From: Candidatus Altiarchaeales archaeon
GTDB lineage: Archaea; Altiarchaeota; Altiarchaeia; IMC4; SCGC-AAA252-I15
NCBI GenBank assembly: GCA_014727915.1
Contig: WJMO01000005.1
Coordinates: 1-64,000, forward strand
Reading direction: 5' to 3'
DNA: 64,000 nt
This document shows, one piece after another, positions 1-9,152 of the stretch. Positions within the stretch are counted from its first letter, which is position 1; each line of letters begins with the position of its first letter. The translations under genes and the position numbers were made by a program. Under the pieces are notes generated by a model, which was not told the DNA's origin, did not search any database, and worked only from the letters and a program-made list of their open reading frames with translations.

Positions 1-2130
1 GACGACGCTGACACCGGCGGTTCCGGATCCTACACCCTCTCGGACTACGGCTGGTATGGGTTGAATGGTAACATCACCAGTAACGCTTCAATAAACCATG
101 GTAATGTGCATATCACAGGTAATTTGAGCCAGGGGACTAGTAAGGTTTCGGGGGAGGGTAAGTCGGTTGCTCTTGGGAGTAACAACCTCGCGTCTGGGCA
201 GAATTCGGGTGTGTTGAGTGGTTACAGTAGCACTGCTTCTGCATATGAGTCTGTTGTTGTGGGGGGCTATGATAACACTGCCTCTGGTGATTACACTGTT
301 GTTGGCGGATACACTAACACTGCCAGCAACTATTATGCCATCGCCGCTGGAGGATCCTATAACATAGCTTCCGCGCAGTATTCTGGGGTTCTCGCAGGCT
401 ATAATAACCGGGCTTTTGGAGAGGCTTCCTTTGTCGGGGCTGGATACGAGAACAACGCCTCTGGCGATTACTCTGCTGTTGTGGGCGGCTATGATAACAC
501 TGCCTCCAACTCATATGCTTTTGTCGGCGCCGGCCTAAGCAACGCGGCCTCCGGAGATAAATCTTTTGTGGGTGGTGGAGACCATAACAACGCCTCTGGC
601 GTTTACTCTGCTGTTGTTGGCGGATACTATAACAACGCCCCAAAGGCTGGTGATTTTGTGGGTGGTGGACATTATAATGTTGCTGCTGGCGTTTATTCCG
701 GGATCGGCAGCGGAGAATATAACGCCGCATTCGGCACCTGGTCTTTCATCGGCGCCGGACAATCGAACACCGCCTCTGGCGATTATTCTGCTGTGGTCGG
801 CGGATCTACGAACAACGCCAGCGGCGGGTACTCTTTCGTCGGTGCAGGCTACGCCAACACCGCATACGCTGATTCATCTGTTGTCGGCGGCGGAGGATAC
901 AACGACGCGCTCGGACAATATTCGGTTGTCGTCGGTGGTTATTCAAATGAGGTTACAAACTCCTACAGTGCGATATTGGCCGGCTCCGACAATGAGGTTA
1001 ATGTGCAATACAGTTCCATTGCCGGCGGGTCTTATAACAACATCTCGAATGAACATTCCTTCCTCGGCGGCGGATTCCGTAATCTGTTGAATGGTTCTTA
1101 TGGTGTCCTAGGCGGCGGTTACGAAAATGACATAATAGGAGGTTACTACAATTTCATTGGTGGCGGCCAACACAACGAGGTAGTGCATGGGATGTACAGT
1201 TGCGTCACATGCGGTGCTGAGAACACTGCGTCCGGCGACTACGCAGCAATCGGCGGTGGATGGGACAACCTCGCCAACGGCACCTACAGCTTCGCAGCAG
1301 GCTACGGCGTCAACGTCTCCGGCCAGGCTTCGACAGGATTCGGCGAGCAGTCGCTTTCAGTGGGTGACTGGAGCTTCAGCGGCGGATACCGGGCCAACGC
1401 CACCGGAACAGCCGCGGTAGCCTTCGGATATGAGAGTAACTCGCTGGGTGAATACAGCGTCATCTCAGGAGGAAAGAACAACACAGTCGAAGATGGGGCG
1501 GACTACAGCGTCATAGGAGGCGGGACATTCAACAAAATACACCTCAACACCGTTTATGCATTCCTTGGAGGCGGTAATAATAACCAGATATTGGGTGGGT
1601 GGGGCTTCATAGGAAGCGGAGAATTAAATGAAATAGCGAGTGGATCTATATATGCTGGAGTAGCAAGCGGAAAAAACAACGTAATCAGCGGAAGTGGAGA
1701 CAGCTCGTTCATCGGCGGCGGAGATAATAACAGAATAACCAGCCACTTTGCAGCAATATCCGGCGGATACAATAACAACATAGACGGTGATTACGCAGCC
1801 ATACCTGGCGGGTACCAGTTGAACGCGTCAGGGTCTTACGCCTTTGCAACAGGGATAAACTCAATAGCCCACGGTGACTTCTCAGTAGCCATGGGTGAAG
1901 GTGTGCAAGCAAAGGGCAGCCACAACCTTGTGTTCGGCAAGAACACGGTGTTCACGGGCAACGATTTCTTCGTAGTGGGGTTCGAGGCCAACACCCCGAC
2001 GATGACCGTCAACGCCTCGGAAGTCCTGCTAGGAGACAACAAGGTCCTGTGCTTCGGAGACGACTGCGACCACTGCATGTACTGGGACGGCTCAACCTTC
2101 GTGTCAGAGGCGCCCTGCACAGTATCATAA
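1..2130 (+). CDS. Gly/Asn/Ser/Tyr-rich repeat surface protein (adhesin/fibre-like beta-solenoid), 5'-partial
   Basis: Frame 1 is open from base 1. Dozens of ~15-aa repeats of type ASGxYSxVxGGxxN; C-terminal Cys motif LCFGDDCDHCMYWDG. Confidence 0.75.
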   Translation, partial: DDADTGGSGSYTLSDYGWYGLNGNITSNASINHGNVHITGNLSQGTSKVSGEGKSVALGSNNLASGQNSGVLSGYSSTASAYESVVVGGYDNTASGDYTVVGGYTNTASNYYAIAAGGSYNIASAQYSGVLAGYNNRAFGEASFVGAGYENNASGDYSAVVGGYDNTASNSYAFVGAGLSNAASGDKSFVGGGDHNNASGVYSAVVGGYYNNAPKAGDFVGGGHYNVAAGVYSGIGSGEYNAAFGTWSFIGAGQSNTASGDYSAVVGGSTNNASGGYSFVGAGYANTAYADSSVVGGGGYNDALGQYSVVVGGYSNEVTNSYSAILAGSDNEVNVQYSSIAGGSYNNISNEHSFLGGGFRNLLNGSYGVLGGGYENDIIGGYYNFIGGGQHNEVVHGMYSCVTCGAENTASGDYAAIGGGWDNLANGTYSFAAGYGVNVSGQASTGFGEQSLSVGDWSFSGGYRANATGTAAVAFGYESNSLGEYSVISGGKNNTVEDGADYSVIGGGTFNKIHLNTVYAFLGGGNNNQILGGWGFIGSGELNEIASGSIYAGVASGKNNVISGSGDSSFIGGGDNNRITSHFAAISGGYNNNIDGDYAAIPGGYQLNASGSYAFATGINSIAHGDFSVAMGEGVQAKGSHNLVFGKNTVFTGNDFFVVGFEANTPTMTVNASEVLLGDNKVLCFGDDCDHCMYWDGSTFVSEAPCTVS
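190..1850 (+). repeat. Degenerate 45-nt coding tandem repeat
   Basis: Recurring units like aacgcctctggcgattactctgctgttgtgggcgg at ~454, ~589 and ~769 encode the 15-aa repeat. Confidence 0.75.
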
Positions 2131-2136
2131 TCGACC

Positions 2137-2586
2137 ATGGCTGAAAATAACGGCACAAACAAACTGATAATGACACTGGCCGTTGCATGCGCCCTCGTAA
2201 TAGCAGCCTACATGCTCGGACTCCTAGGAACCAAGGCAGGAGAACACCAGACAACACCCACCACCTTGGCAACAGTGGAAAGCACGCCAACCACTGTGAA
2301 GAGCACCCCAAACACTGTGAGAAGGCCAACGCCAACCCAGCCCGGGGTAACGACGACAACGCAGCCAGCACAACCCTGCCTGATAGAAGACAAGAAGGTG
2401 ACAGTGAATTCGGGGGAGATATGCGCCATACGCGACGGGGAAGTGGAACTGGACGAGCTCGAACTGCAAGAAGGCAGCACGCTCGTCATATCAAACGTCA
2501 ACCTAACGGTGAAGAAGGTAACGAAGGCGAAGTCCACGAAGATACTCTACCACCCCCCATACAGGGTCCTAGGCAACATACTATAA
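2137..2586 (+). CDS. Membrane-anchored protein with Thr/Pro-rich linker
   Basis: N-terminal hydrophobic helix, TTPTT linker, small beta-rich C-terminal domain; starts 6 nt after the upstream gene. Confidence 0.7.
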   Translation: MAENNGTNKLIMTLAVACALVIAAYMLGLLGTKAGEHQTTPTTLATVESTPTTVKSTPNTVRRPTPTQPGVTTTTQPAQPCLIEDKKVTVNSGEICAIRDGEVELDELELQEGSTLVISNVNLTVKKVTKAKSTKILYHPPYRVLGNIL

Positions 2587-2639
2587 AATAATCACACTTT
2601 TCTATAAACTATTTATAAAAAAATATAAATAATTGTAAA

Positions 2640-4301
2640 ATGGTTGGTGGTTGGTTCGGTAAGGCGGCGCCCATAGTCCTTGCGCTGGCAGCCCTGCTCT
2701 CATACAGCCAATTCTATTCCATCCAATACGCGGAATTCGACACCATAGCCAAGATAGTCACCTTCAAAGGCGGGCTGGAAGAACTACCAAGGATACTCAC
2801 CACCCCAGAACAACAGTATATGCTCACCACAACAAACTACCGCCCGGTAGCCTCCCTGATACTCTGGGCGATGCACCTACTATTCGGCCTTAACCTGACG
2901 CCTTACCACCTCCTGCTCTACCTCCTACACGCAGCTAACACGGTACTCGCCTACGCGCTCGCGGTGAAGCTCATAAAGGACAGGAGATACGCGTTCCTAG
3001 CCTCCCTCGTCTACGCCGTGCACCCCATCCACCTGCAGACAGTGATATTCATCTCCCGCCTCCCCGACATGCTAGTCGCGCTATCCTCGCTGCTGACCAT
3101 ACTCTCGCTGATGAAGTACGTGAAAAGCAGCGATGAAAGATACTATAAACTCTCAATACTAGCGTGTGGGTTGGGGATATTCAGCAAGGCATCCGGCGGC
3201 CTCATAGTGATATTGGCATTCCTCTACCTAACATTATACGATGGCGGATGGAGGAAGGCCTTGAAGAAGGTCATACCCCACACTGCCCTCTTCATGCTAT
3301 ACCTGCCGATGATGTACCTGGCTTTGGGGAGGATGGCGGGCTACTACGGCCTCCCGGACTCTGAATGGCACTTCGGACTCCTCAACTACATATTCGGCCT
3401 CGCCTACCCCACGAACTTCACGGACTACAGCCTATTCCAGATCGTATACAAGGCAGCTCTTCCACCGGCGCCTAACACAATACTGCTGCTTGCCTCCGCC
3501 GCGGCGCTCGCGCTCTCCATCAAAGCAGCTCTAAAGGACAGGACGGCGGCTTTCGCCCTCGCGTGGCTCCTCACATTCCTCGCGGCGTTCATGTCCCCCT
3601 ACGTGATAGTCAGCCCCTGGTACCTTTACACGCCGGCGATACCCTTCACCATCCTGACAGCATACGTCCTGAAGAGGTCCCTGGAGTCCAAGAACCATGC
3701 TAAAAAGCTCCCGGCAGCATTCATAGCGGTCATATGCGCGGGCCTCATATTCTACTCCCCCCTGCTCTCCGACTACCCGGAACCACGGCAGATGAGCCAG
3801 CTAATCGAGAGCCTCAACGACCACACCCTCGAAGCAGCAGTGAACATGCCGGTCCAGAGCAGCCTCTACCTCTTCAACTACCCTGATTACATGGTATACA
3901 CGGGGAAGGGATACCCCTACTCCCTGTTCATAGTAAGCGAAGCATCGCTCCAAGCCCTCCTAGACTATCACATGCCGGAGAAAGACCACAGGGTACACTC
4001 TGTAACGGCCGTTAGAATGCGATCCCAGATGGGCCAGCCGGCGTTCACGCTGAAGTCGGAGCAGAACTGCTACTTCCTAGCGACAAACCAAAACAGGCGC
4101 GCGGCAGAGCTCAGAATATCGGAACGATGGAATCTCAACAGACAGGGCATGGAGAGGATATCGGTTAAACAGCAGAAAACCCCGGAATCAGAGCACGTTA
4201 TGGTGACCTTCCCAGAGAAAACATACAAGAACACCTATCTTCTGGTGTACACCGGGGACAACATAGAAATCGCCGACCTAAGCATATACTGCACAGTATG
4301 A
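2640..4301 (+). CDS. GT-C fold membrane glycosyltransferase (PMT/ArnT/TMTC-like)
   Basis: Multiple TM helices, YRP motif, LHAAN and VHPIH motifs typical of GT-C enzymes. Confidence 0.7.
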   Translation: MVGGWFGKAAPIVLALAALLSYSQFYSIQYAEFDTIAKIVTFKGGLEELPRILTTPEQQYMLTTTNYRPVASLILWAMHLLFGLNLTPYHLLLYLLHAANTVLAYALAVKLIKDRRYAFLASLVYAVHPIHLQTVIFISRLPDMLVALSSLLTILSLMKYVKSSDERYYKLSILACGLGIFSKASGGLIVILAFLYLTLYDGGWRKALKKVIPHTALFMLYLPMMYLALGRMAGYYGLPDSEWHFGLLNYIFGLAYPTNFTDYSLFQIVYKAALPPAPNTILLLASAAALALSIKAALKDRTAAFALAWLLTFLAAFMSPYVIVSPWYLYTPAIPFTILTAYVLKRSLESKNHAKKLPAAFIAVICAGLIFYSPLLSDYPEPRQMSQLIESLNDHTLEAAVNMPVQSSLYLFNYPDYMVYTGKGYPYSLFIVSEASLQALLDYHMPEKDHRVHSVTAVRMRSQMGQPAFTLKSEQNCYFLATNQNRRAAELRISERWNLNRQGMERISVKQQKTPESEHVMVTFPEKTYKNTYLLVYTGDNIEIADLSIYCTV

Positions 4302-4333
4302 ATACTTTTCCACTGCTCTCTACCCTACTCTAC

Positions 4334-4341
4334 TTTTAAAG
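4334..4341 (+). promoter_or_regulatory. Putative TATA box for leader RNA/small ORF
   Basis: TTTTAAAG ~25 nt upstream of the start of a structured segment. Confidence 0.4.
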
Positions 4342-4357
4342 AGACGACAAAGTCTAG

Positions 4358-4443
4358 TATGCCCTGGGTGGTTGGCTGTAACAATCCAGGAATCAGAAAC
4401 CGTGAAATCCGGTTTTCAGAATCCACTTGGATCCCGGGGCATA
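4358..4443 (+). ncRNA. Candidate structured leader RNA
   Basis: Pairings TATGCCCTGGG/CCCGGGGCATA, ATCCAGG/CTTGGAT and GAAACCG/CGGTTTT around a T-loop-like TGAAATC. Confidence 0.45.
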
Positions 4444-4458
4444 GGAGGTGAACAAAAG

Positions 4459-4575
4459 ATGGAATACTGGACCCAATCAAAGGGAAGGACGGACATGGAC
4501 GCACCATACTCCAAGAGGGGTGGCGGGCGCAGGTACGTCTACAACCGGCTAGGATTCACACCCTCATTCGTGTAA
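4459..4575 (+). CDS. Small 38-aa protein MEYWTQSKGRTDMDAPYSKRGGGRRYVYNRLGFTPSFV
   Basis: Strong SD GGAGGTG (4444-4450) 8 nt before ATG 4459. Confidence 0.5.
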   Translation: MEYWTQSKGRTDMDAPYSKRGGGRRYVYNRLGFTPSFV

Positions 4576-4629
4576 GACCCCCCCTATGCCCCACTCCCTT
4601 CTTTAAACAAGGAATCCGTATGATATACG

Positions 4630-5739
4630 ATGAAAGCAGCCGAGATACTCCTGGACGACGAGACCCTCTTCCGGGACGAGGAGGTCTTCACACCCTCCTA
4701 TGTGCCCGAGGACTTCATACACCGGGACGACCAGCTCAAGGAGATATCACTATCATTGAAGCCAGGTCTCAGGGGTGTGAACCCAGTGAACACCCTAATA
4801 CACGGCCCCCCGGGAACAGGTAAGACAACGGCGGTAAAGCACATATTCAATGAGGTTAACAAGGTCTCCAACAAGCTCGTCACAGTATACGTGAACTGCG
4901 ACGACTACAACACCCGCTTCAGCATATTCAGCAGGATACACGAGGCCGTGTTCGGCACCGCGCCACCGGACACGGGAAAGCCGTTGAACGCGGTCAAAGA
5001 GAAGGTCTTCAGGAAGCTCCAGCGGGAGAACAAGTCCCTCGTCATAGCATTGGACGAGATAGACCAGCTCTTCCTCAACAAGACCATAGACAAGCTCCTA
5101 CTCGACCTGCTGAAGGCCCACACAACCTATGGCTACGACAAGATCGGGATCATCGGAGTCCTCATAGACGACTCCATAGTCTTGGGTTTGGACAGCAAAT
5201 CCAGCAGCGTATTCAACCCCGTGAAAGTCTACTTCCCACCGTACAGCACAGGGGAGGTGGAGGACATACTCTCAGCCAGGATAACCTACGGACTATATGA
5301 CGGCGTCCTATCCAAGGGCCTGTTCGAGTACGTGGTGGAGAAGACCGTCGATGCGGGCGACCTCCGCGTAGGCATAGACCTCATACGCAGGAGCGCATTG
5401 CTGGCTGAGCGGGACAGCTCTCGGAAGATCACATCAGACCATGTGGAACTCGCATATGAGCGGGAATCCAGGAGGGTGAACCTGGAAAGGATGATAAGGT
5501 CCATCGACGACGTTGAAAGGGCTTTATTGCGCATAATAGCCGACTCCAACGGAGAGGTTTCTGGTGTAATACAGGACAGGCTTCGGGAGGCCACCGGCAC
5601 TGGAGTCAAAAAATACAACCAGATGATAGGCAAACTCGAGCATATAGGGCTGATAGAGACCATCCCGGTCAAGGGACGGGGCCAGACCCGTGAGATACGC
5701 CTGAAAAACACAGTTGAAGACGTGCGGGAGCTGGTTTAG
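4630..5739 (+). CDS. cdc6: Orc1/Cdc6 replication initiation protein
   Basis: Walker A GPPGTGKT, Walker B IALDEID, GDLR sensor, C-terminal winged helix; TATA-like CTTTAAAC at ~4601. Confidence 0.95.
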   Translation: MKAAEILLDDETLFRDEEVFTPSYVPEDFIHRDDQLKEISLSLKPGLRGVNPVNTLIHGPPGTGKTTAVKHIFNEVNKVSNKLVTVYVNCDDYNTRFSIFSRIHEAVFGTAPPDTGKPLNAVKEKVFRKLQRENKSLVIALDEIDQLFLNKTIDKLLLDLLKAHTTYGYDKIGIIGVLIDDSIVLGLDSKSSSVFNPVKVYFPPYSTGEVEDILSARITYGLYDGVLSKGLFEYVVEKTVDAGDLRVGIDLIRRSALLAERDSSRKITSDHVELAYERESRRVNLERMIRSIDDVERALLRIIADSNGEVSGVIQDRLREATGTGVKKYNQMIGKLEHIGLIETIPVKGRGQTREIRLKNTVEDVRELV

Positions 5740-5784
5740 GCCGCTTTTATTACCCCTATTGTAATATGTTCACCGGTGATGTGA

Positions 5785-6426
5785 TTGCCACAGCCACATG
5801 TTACATTGACTTCTGCTATGAGCTTGGACGGCAGACTGGAGCCTGAAAGGCCTGACACCCTCCATAACCGCCTGGAAGAGTACAGGGTACAGGAGCTGCG
5901 CGGTAAGGTGGATGCCATAGTCACCAGCGGCGCAAGGGTCTCGGAGGAGAACCCCGAATTCCCAGTCAAGGATTCGATGGGCAAGGAGCCTGCCATAGTC
6001 ATAGTCGACAAGAACGCTGAACTGCCGCCCGAATCCGACGTCCTGAAGAACCAGTCCCGGAAGATGATCCTCGTGACCTCGAGGAAGGCCAACAGGAACA
6101 GGATAAAGCGCATCCAGGAGAAGCGCCCCGACATCGAGGTCATGGAATTGGGAGAGTTCGCAGTCAACCTCGAGGACATGCTCTGGGAGCTTCACAGGGC
6201 AGGTATAAGGAACCTCCTATTGGAAGGTGATGTGAGCCTTAACATGCGCATGCTGGACCACAACCTCGTGAACGAGATGTATCTCCTGGTAGCTCCATTG
6301 CTTTTGGGCGAGCAGGAGCCTTCGGCTTTCGACGGCAAGCTGGAGCGGAAGACCCACCTGCAGCTTGAGGGCATACTCCAGTTCGGAGACCATGTGGTGC
6401 TACACTACAACATAAGGAAACACTAG
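5785..6426 (+). CDS. RibD C-terminal (pyrimidine reductase/DHFR-fold) family protein
   Basis: MSLDG, LRGKVDAI, LLLEG, LVNE..L.VAP motifs; TTG start with GGTGAT SD. Confidence 0.8.
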   Translation: MPQPHVTLTSAMSLDGRLEPERPDTLHNRLEEYRVQELRGKVDAIVTSGARVSEENPEFPVKDSMGKEPAIVIVDKNAELPPESDVLKNQSRKMILVTSRKANRNRIKRIQEKRPDIEVMELGEFAVNLEDMLWELHRAGIRNLLLEGDVSLNMRMLDHNLVNEMYLLVAPLLLGEQEPSAFDGKLERKTHLQLEGILQFGDHVVLHYNIRKH

Positions 6427-7649
6427 CCCAACACCATCGCCGGCCAACCCATAATGTACAATACCACCATAACCGCGACTGCCGCCCCCACGACCCTGAC
6501 GACCTTCCGGTACACGCGGTTGAAGTCGCTTCCATAGTACTCGTTGGTGAGCACGAGACAGAGGTGGACGGGACTCATCATAACGCCCATGAAAGCCCCC
6601 ATGTACGCCACCATGAAGTTGCCGTAGTCTACGCCGGCGGACGCGATGAAGGCCATCAGCAGGGGGAACGTGGACCCCACCGCCGCCACAGTTATGCCCG
6701 TCAGCGCCCCCACTATGAAAGGGACCGTGAAGAGGATGAGGGGGGCTGGTATGCCCGCACCCTCGAAGAAGGACGGCAGCTCGTTGACGGCTCCGCTATC
6801 CTCTATCACCGACTTGAACACCATAACGCTCAATATCAGCAGTGTAAGGTTCAATGTTATCGTCTCCCTGAAGACCCTATGGCGGAATCCCCTGAAAAAA
6901 CCCGATTGGATGAAGACCACGGATAAAACAGCCAGCAAAACGAGCACGAGGTTGATGCCGAACACCAGGTTAGCCACTATCACCGCGGCTATCGGCCAGA
7001 TGCTCCCGACAAGCACTTTGAACCTGGCTAGGAAGTCGCCGTAACCTACATAATCTGATTTTTTCACGTGTCTTAGGAGCATGTACCATCCTCCCACGAT
7101 GGCTGCCAGGGTGAGGGGCCCGTTGGCTACCGCGATCTCGGCATAGGTTATGTCCAGGAGAGCAGCGCTCAGCACAACCGCAGGATAGAGCGGGAACATG
7201 TACTCCCAAACGTGCCGGAACCAGTAGTTTATCGCTGTCTTGGTGTTCGCGTCCACTCCCGCGTTTTCCGCCACCTCCCCCGCCAACGGGGCGGAGAGCA
7301 TCGCGCCCCCGGGCATGGGCATGAGGCCTATGAAGGCGGGTATGGACGCCAACACGACCCTAGTGTCGCCCAATATGTGCTGTATGCTCTCAACGGCCTT
7401 CTGGAGGTTTTCAGTGTGCTTCAGCACGTTCCCAAGCAGGGTGATGAGCCATACTATAGCCAGCAGATTGATGGTATCCAGTTCCGTCGCACCCTCGAAC
7501 ATGGAGTATGAGAGTCTTCCGGGTGTCATGCCGAATAGGAAGCCCAAGACCAGGCTTGCTGCAATCAGGGCGTAGCCCACGTTAAAGCCCCGCCTGATCA
7601 GCAACACCATCGCCGCGAACACGAAAAGTATCTTCGCCAACACGAGCAT
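6423..7649 (-). CDS. DUF401 family membrane transporter-like protein
   Basis: GLMPMPGGA, NYWFRHVWEY..PLYP and MMSPVHLC motifs; many TM helices. Confidence 0.85.
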   Translation of the reverse strand: MLVLAKILFVFAAMVLLIRRGFNVGYALIAASLVLGFLFGMTPGRLSYSMFEGATELDTINLLAIVWLITLLGNVLKHTENLQKAVESIQHILGDTRVVLASIPAFIGLMPMPGGAMLSAPLAGEVAENAGVDANTKTAINYWFRHVWEYMFPLYPAVVLSAALLDITYAEIAVANGPLTLAAIVGGWYMLLRHVKKSDYVGYGDFLARFKVLVGSIWPIAAVIVANLVFGINLVLVLLAVLSVVFIQSGFFRGFRHRVFRETITLNLTLLILSVMVFKSVIEDSGAVNELPSFFEGAGIPAPLILFTVPFIVGALTGITVAAVGSTFPLLMAFIASAGVDYGNFMVAYMGAFMGVMMSPVHLCLVLTNEYYGSDFNRVYRKVVRVVGAAVAVMVVLYIMGWPAMVLG

Positions 7650-7687
7650 GGCATAATATTCGCAGAGTATAAAATTAAAGGGATTAT

Positions 7688-8572
7688 TCAGAGGCTGAAC
7701 CCGAAGCTGCTGTCCCCGTCATCCTCGAACCTGCCAAGGTATGGGGAGTATGTGCTTACCCTGACCTCGCCCCCAGCGGTGAACTCCATTATCCTCAGAT
7801 AACCGTCGCCGCCGTTTTCCCTGCTCTGATAGTCCGAGAGCAGTTGTATCACCTCCCGGCTGCCTGCTCTGCTCTTGAGCATGCCTTCCCCGTGGACATG
7901 GCCGGAGAGGGCCATGAACACGTTCTCGTTAGGCTCTACCAGGCCCTCCCAGAGGTATTCCATGTCCCCGCAGGTGTGCACCTTCCTGTTCCCGTCCTCG
8001 TCCATGTAGGCGTGGGTGGCGACGACAGCCCTCCTGCCCCGATGTTCCGCTAGCACCCTGTTGCCCCATGTGATGGCTTCATCGCTGGGGCAGGCAGCGA
8101 GGCTCAATATGAGATAGTCCGTTCCCCCGGCTGTGAACAGGTGGTAGCTGTTCTCGTTGCCTGTGAAGTTACCATACCCTCCCATGGCCTCGAACCTTGA
8201 AGGCGGGAAGAAATTGTTGTAATGGACTGTGGGCATGTCATGGTTCCCGGGGAGGACGCTGTACCTCACCTTCCCGTCCAACAGCGACATGCTCTCGTTC
8301 GCGTTCAACCACTCTTCGAGGCTGCTGGCGTGCTGTACGATGTCGCCCAAGTGTATCACAAAAGCGATGTTCATTTCGTCCGCTTGGTCGGCGATCCAAC
8401 CGGTCTGGTTGGAGAATATCATCGGATGCTTCTCGCTGTAAAACTGGGTGTCGGGCAATACAACAATCGTGAACCGCTCCCCCTCGGCGGGTTCCGATGC
8501 CTCTCCCCTGTCTTGGATGAGGAAGGCGAAGCTAGCCAGTGCAACCGCAAAAACCACCAGAGCATATTTCAT
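7688..8572 (-). CDS. Secreted calcineurin-like metallophosphoesterase
   Basis: N-terminal signal/anchor; PDTQ, HLGD, GNHD, GHVH motifs. Confidence 0.85.
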   Translation of the reverse strand: MKYALVVFAVALASFAFLIQDRGEASEPAEGERFTIVVLPDTQFYSEKHPMIFSNQTGWIADQADEMNIAFVIHLGDIVQHASSLEEWLNANESMSLLDGKVRYSVLPGNHDMPTVHYNNFFPPSRFEAMGGYGNFTGNENSYHLFTAGGTDYLILSLAACPSDEAITWGNRVLAEHRGRRAVVATHAYMDEDGNRKVHTCGDMEYLWEGLVEPNENVFMALSGHVHGEGMLKSRAGSREVIQLLSDYQSRENGGDGYLRIMEFTAGGEVRVSTYSPYLGRFEDDGDSSFGFSL

Positions 8573-8578
8573 GGTATC

Positions 8579-9112
8579 TTATCTTCGGCCCATGACGATC
8601 TCATAGCCTGCTGACACCACAGTCAGAGCGAACAGGAACCCGTAGAAGGGGGTGAGAGCGTCCGCCACCATGTAGGCCGGGACGGGCTGGGTGTCGTTGG
8701 AATACCACATGAAAACGAAGAAGCCTATGAAGAAGTAGTTTATCATCCCTGTGAGGAGGAGGGTCAGGCTGTTGGATGCGAGCTTAGCCCTCCTGAACAC
8801 CTCCCTGTCCTGCTCGTCGAAGCTCAGCCTGATTATGTCCCTGTCTTTCCTCATCTTGGGTATGAGGTGGTTGTCCACGAACACCTTCATGGGTATGAGC
8901 AGCATTATCAGCTCCCCGTAGAACAAGACCATGCTCAACGTCACCGAGATTATTATCTGCGACAATGTCAGCTCCTTGAATGTGAAGATTATACCGTGCA
9001 AGACATACCCGACAGCGAAGAAGTTGATGAAGAGTATGGGGCCTAAAACCACCATCCTCTCGCTTTTCACGACCTCAAGCAGCACCCCAGAATAGCCTTT
9101 GGTGTTGAGCAT
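8579..9112 (-). CDS. Hypothetical membrane protein (~4 TM)
   Basis: Hydrophobic helices; co-oriented with and 6 nt from the next gene. Confidence 0.7.
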   Translation of the reverse strand: MLNTKGYSGVLLEVVKSERMVVLGPILFINFFAVGYVLHGIIFTFKELTLSQIIISVTLSMVLFYGELIMLLIPMKVFVDNHLIPKMRKDRDIIRLSFDEQDREVFRRAKLASNSLTLLLTGMINYFFIGFFVFMWYSNDTQPVPAYMVADALTPFYGFLFALTVVSAGYEIVMGRR

Positions 9113-9152
9113 CGTTAATTATCAGACCCAGACTTAAAAAGCCTGAATTACA

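Noticed and set aside
190-1850. CRISPR array or DGR template/variable repeat
   Set aside because: The repeats are degenerate, in frame and coding; no unique spacers, cas genes, reverse transcriptase or adenine-specific mismatch pattern seen.
4358-4443. tRNA, or cobalamin/FMN riboswitch
   Set aside because: It has a closing stem and a T-loop-like hairpin, but no cloverleaf arm order and none of the conserved B12-box or RFN sequences.
4302-4629. Replication origin next to cdc6
   Set aside because: Only one weak ORB-like string (TCCACTTGGATCCCGGGG), no repeated ORBs and no long AT-rich unwinding element; an RNA structure plus small ORF explains the region better. Not fully excluded.
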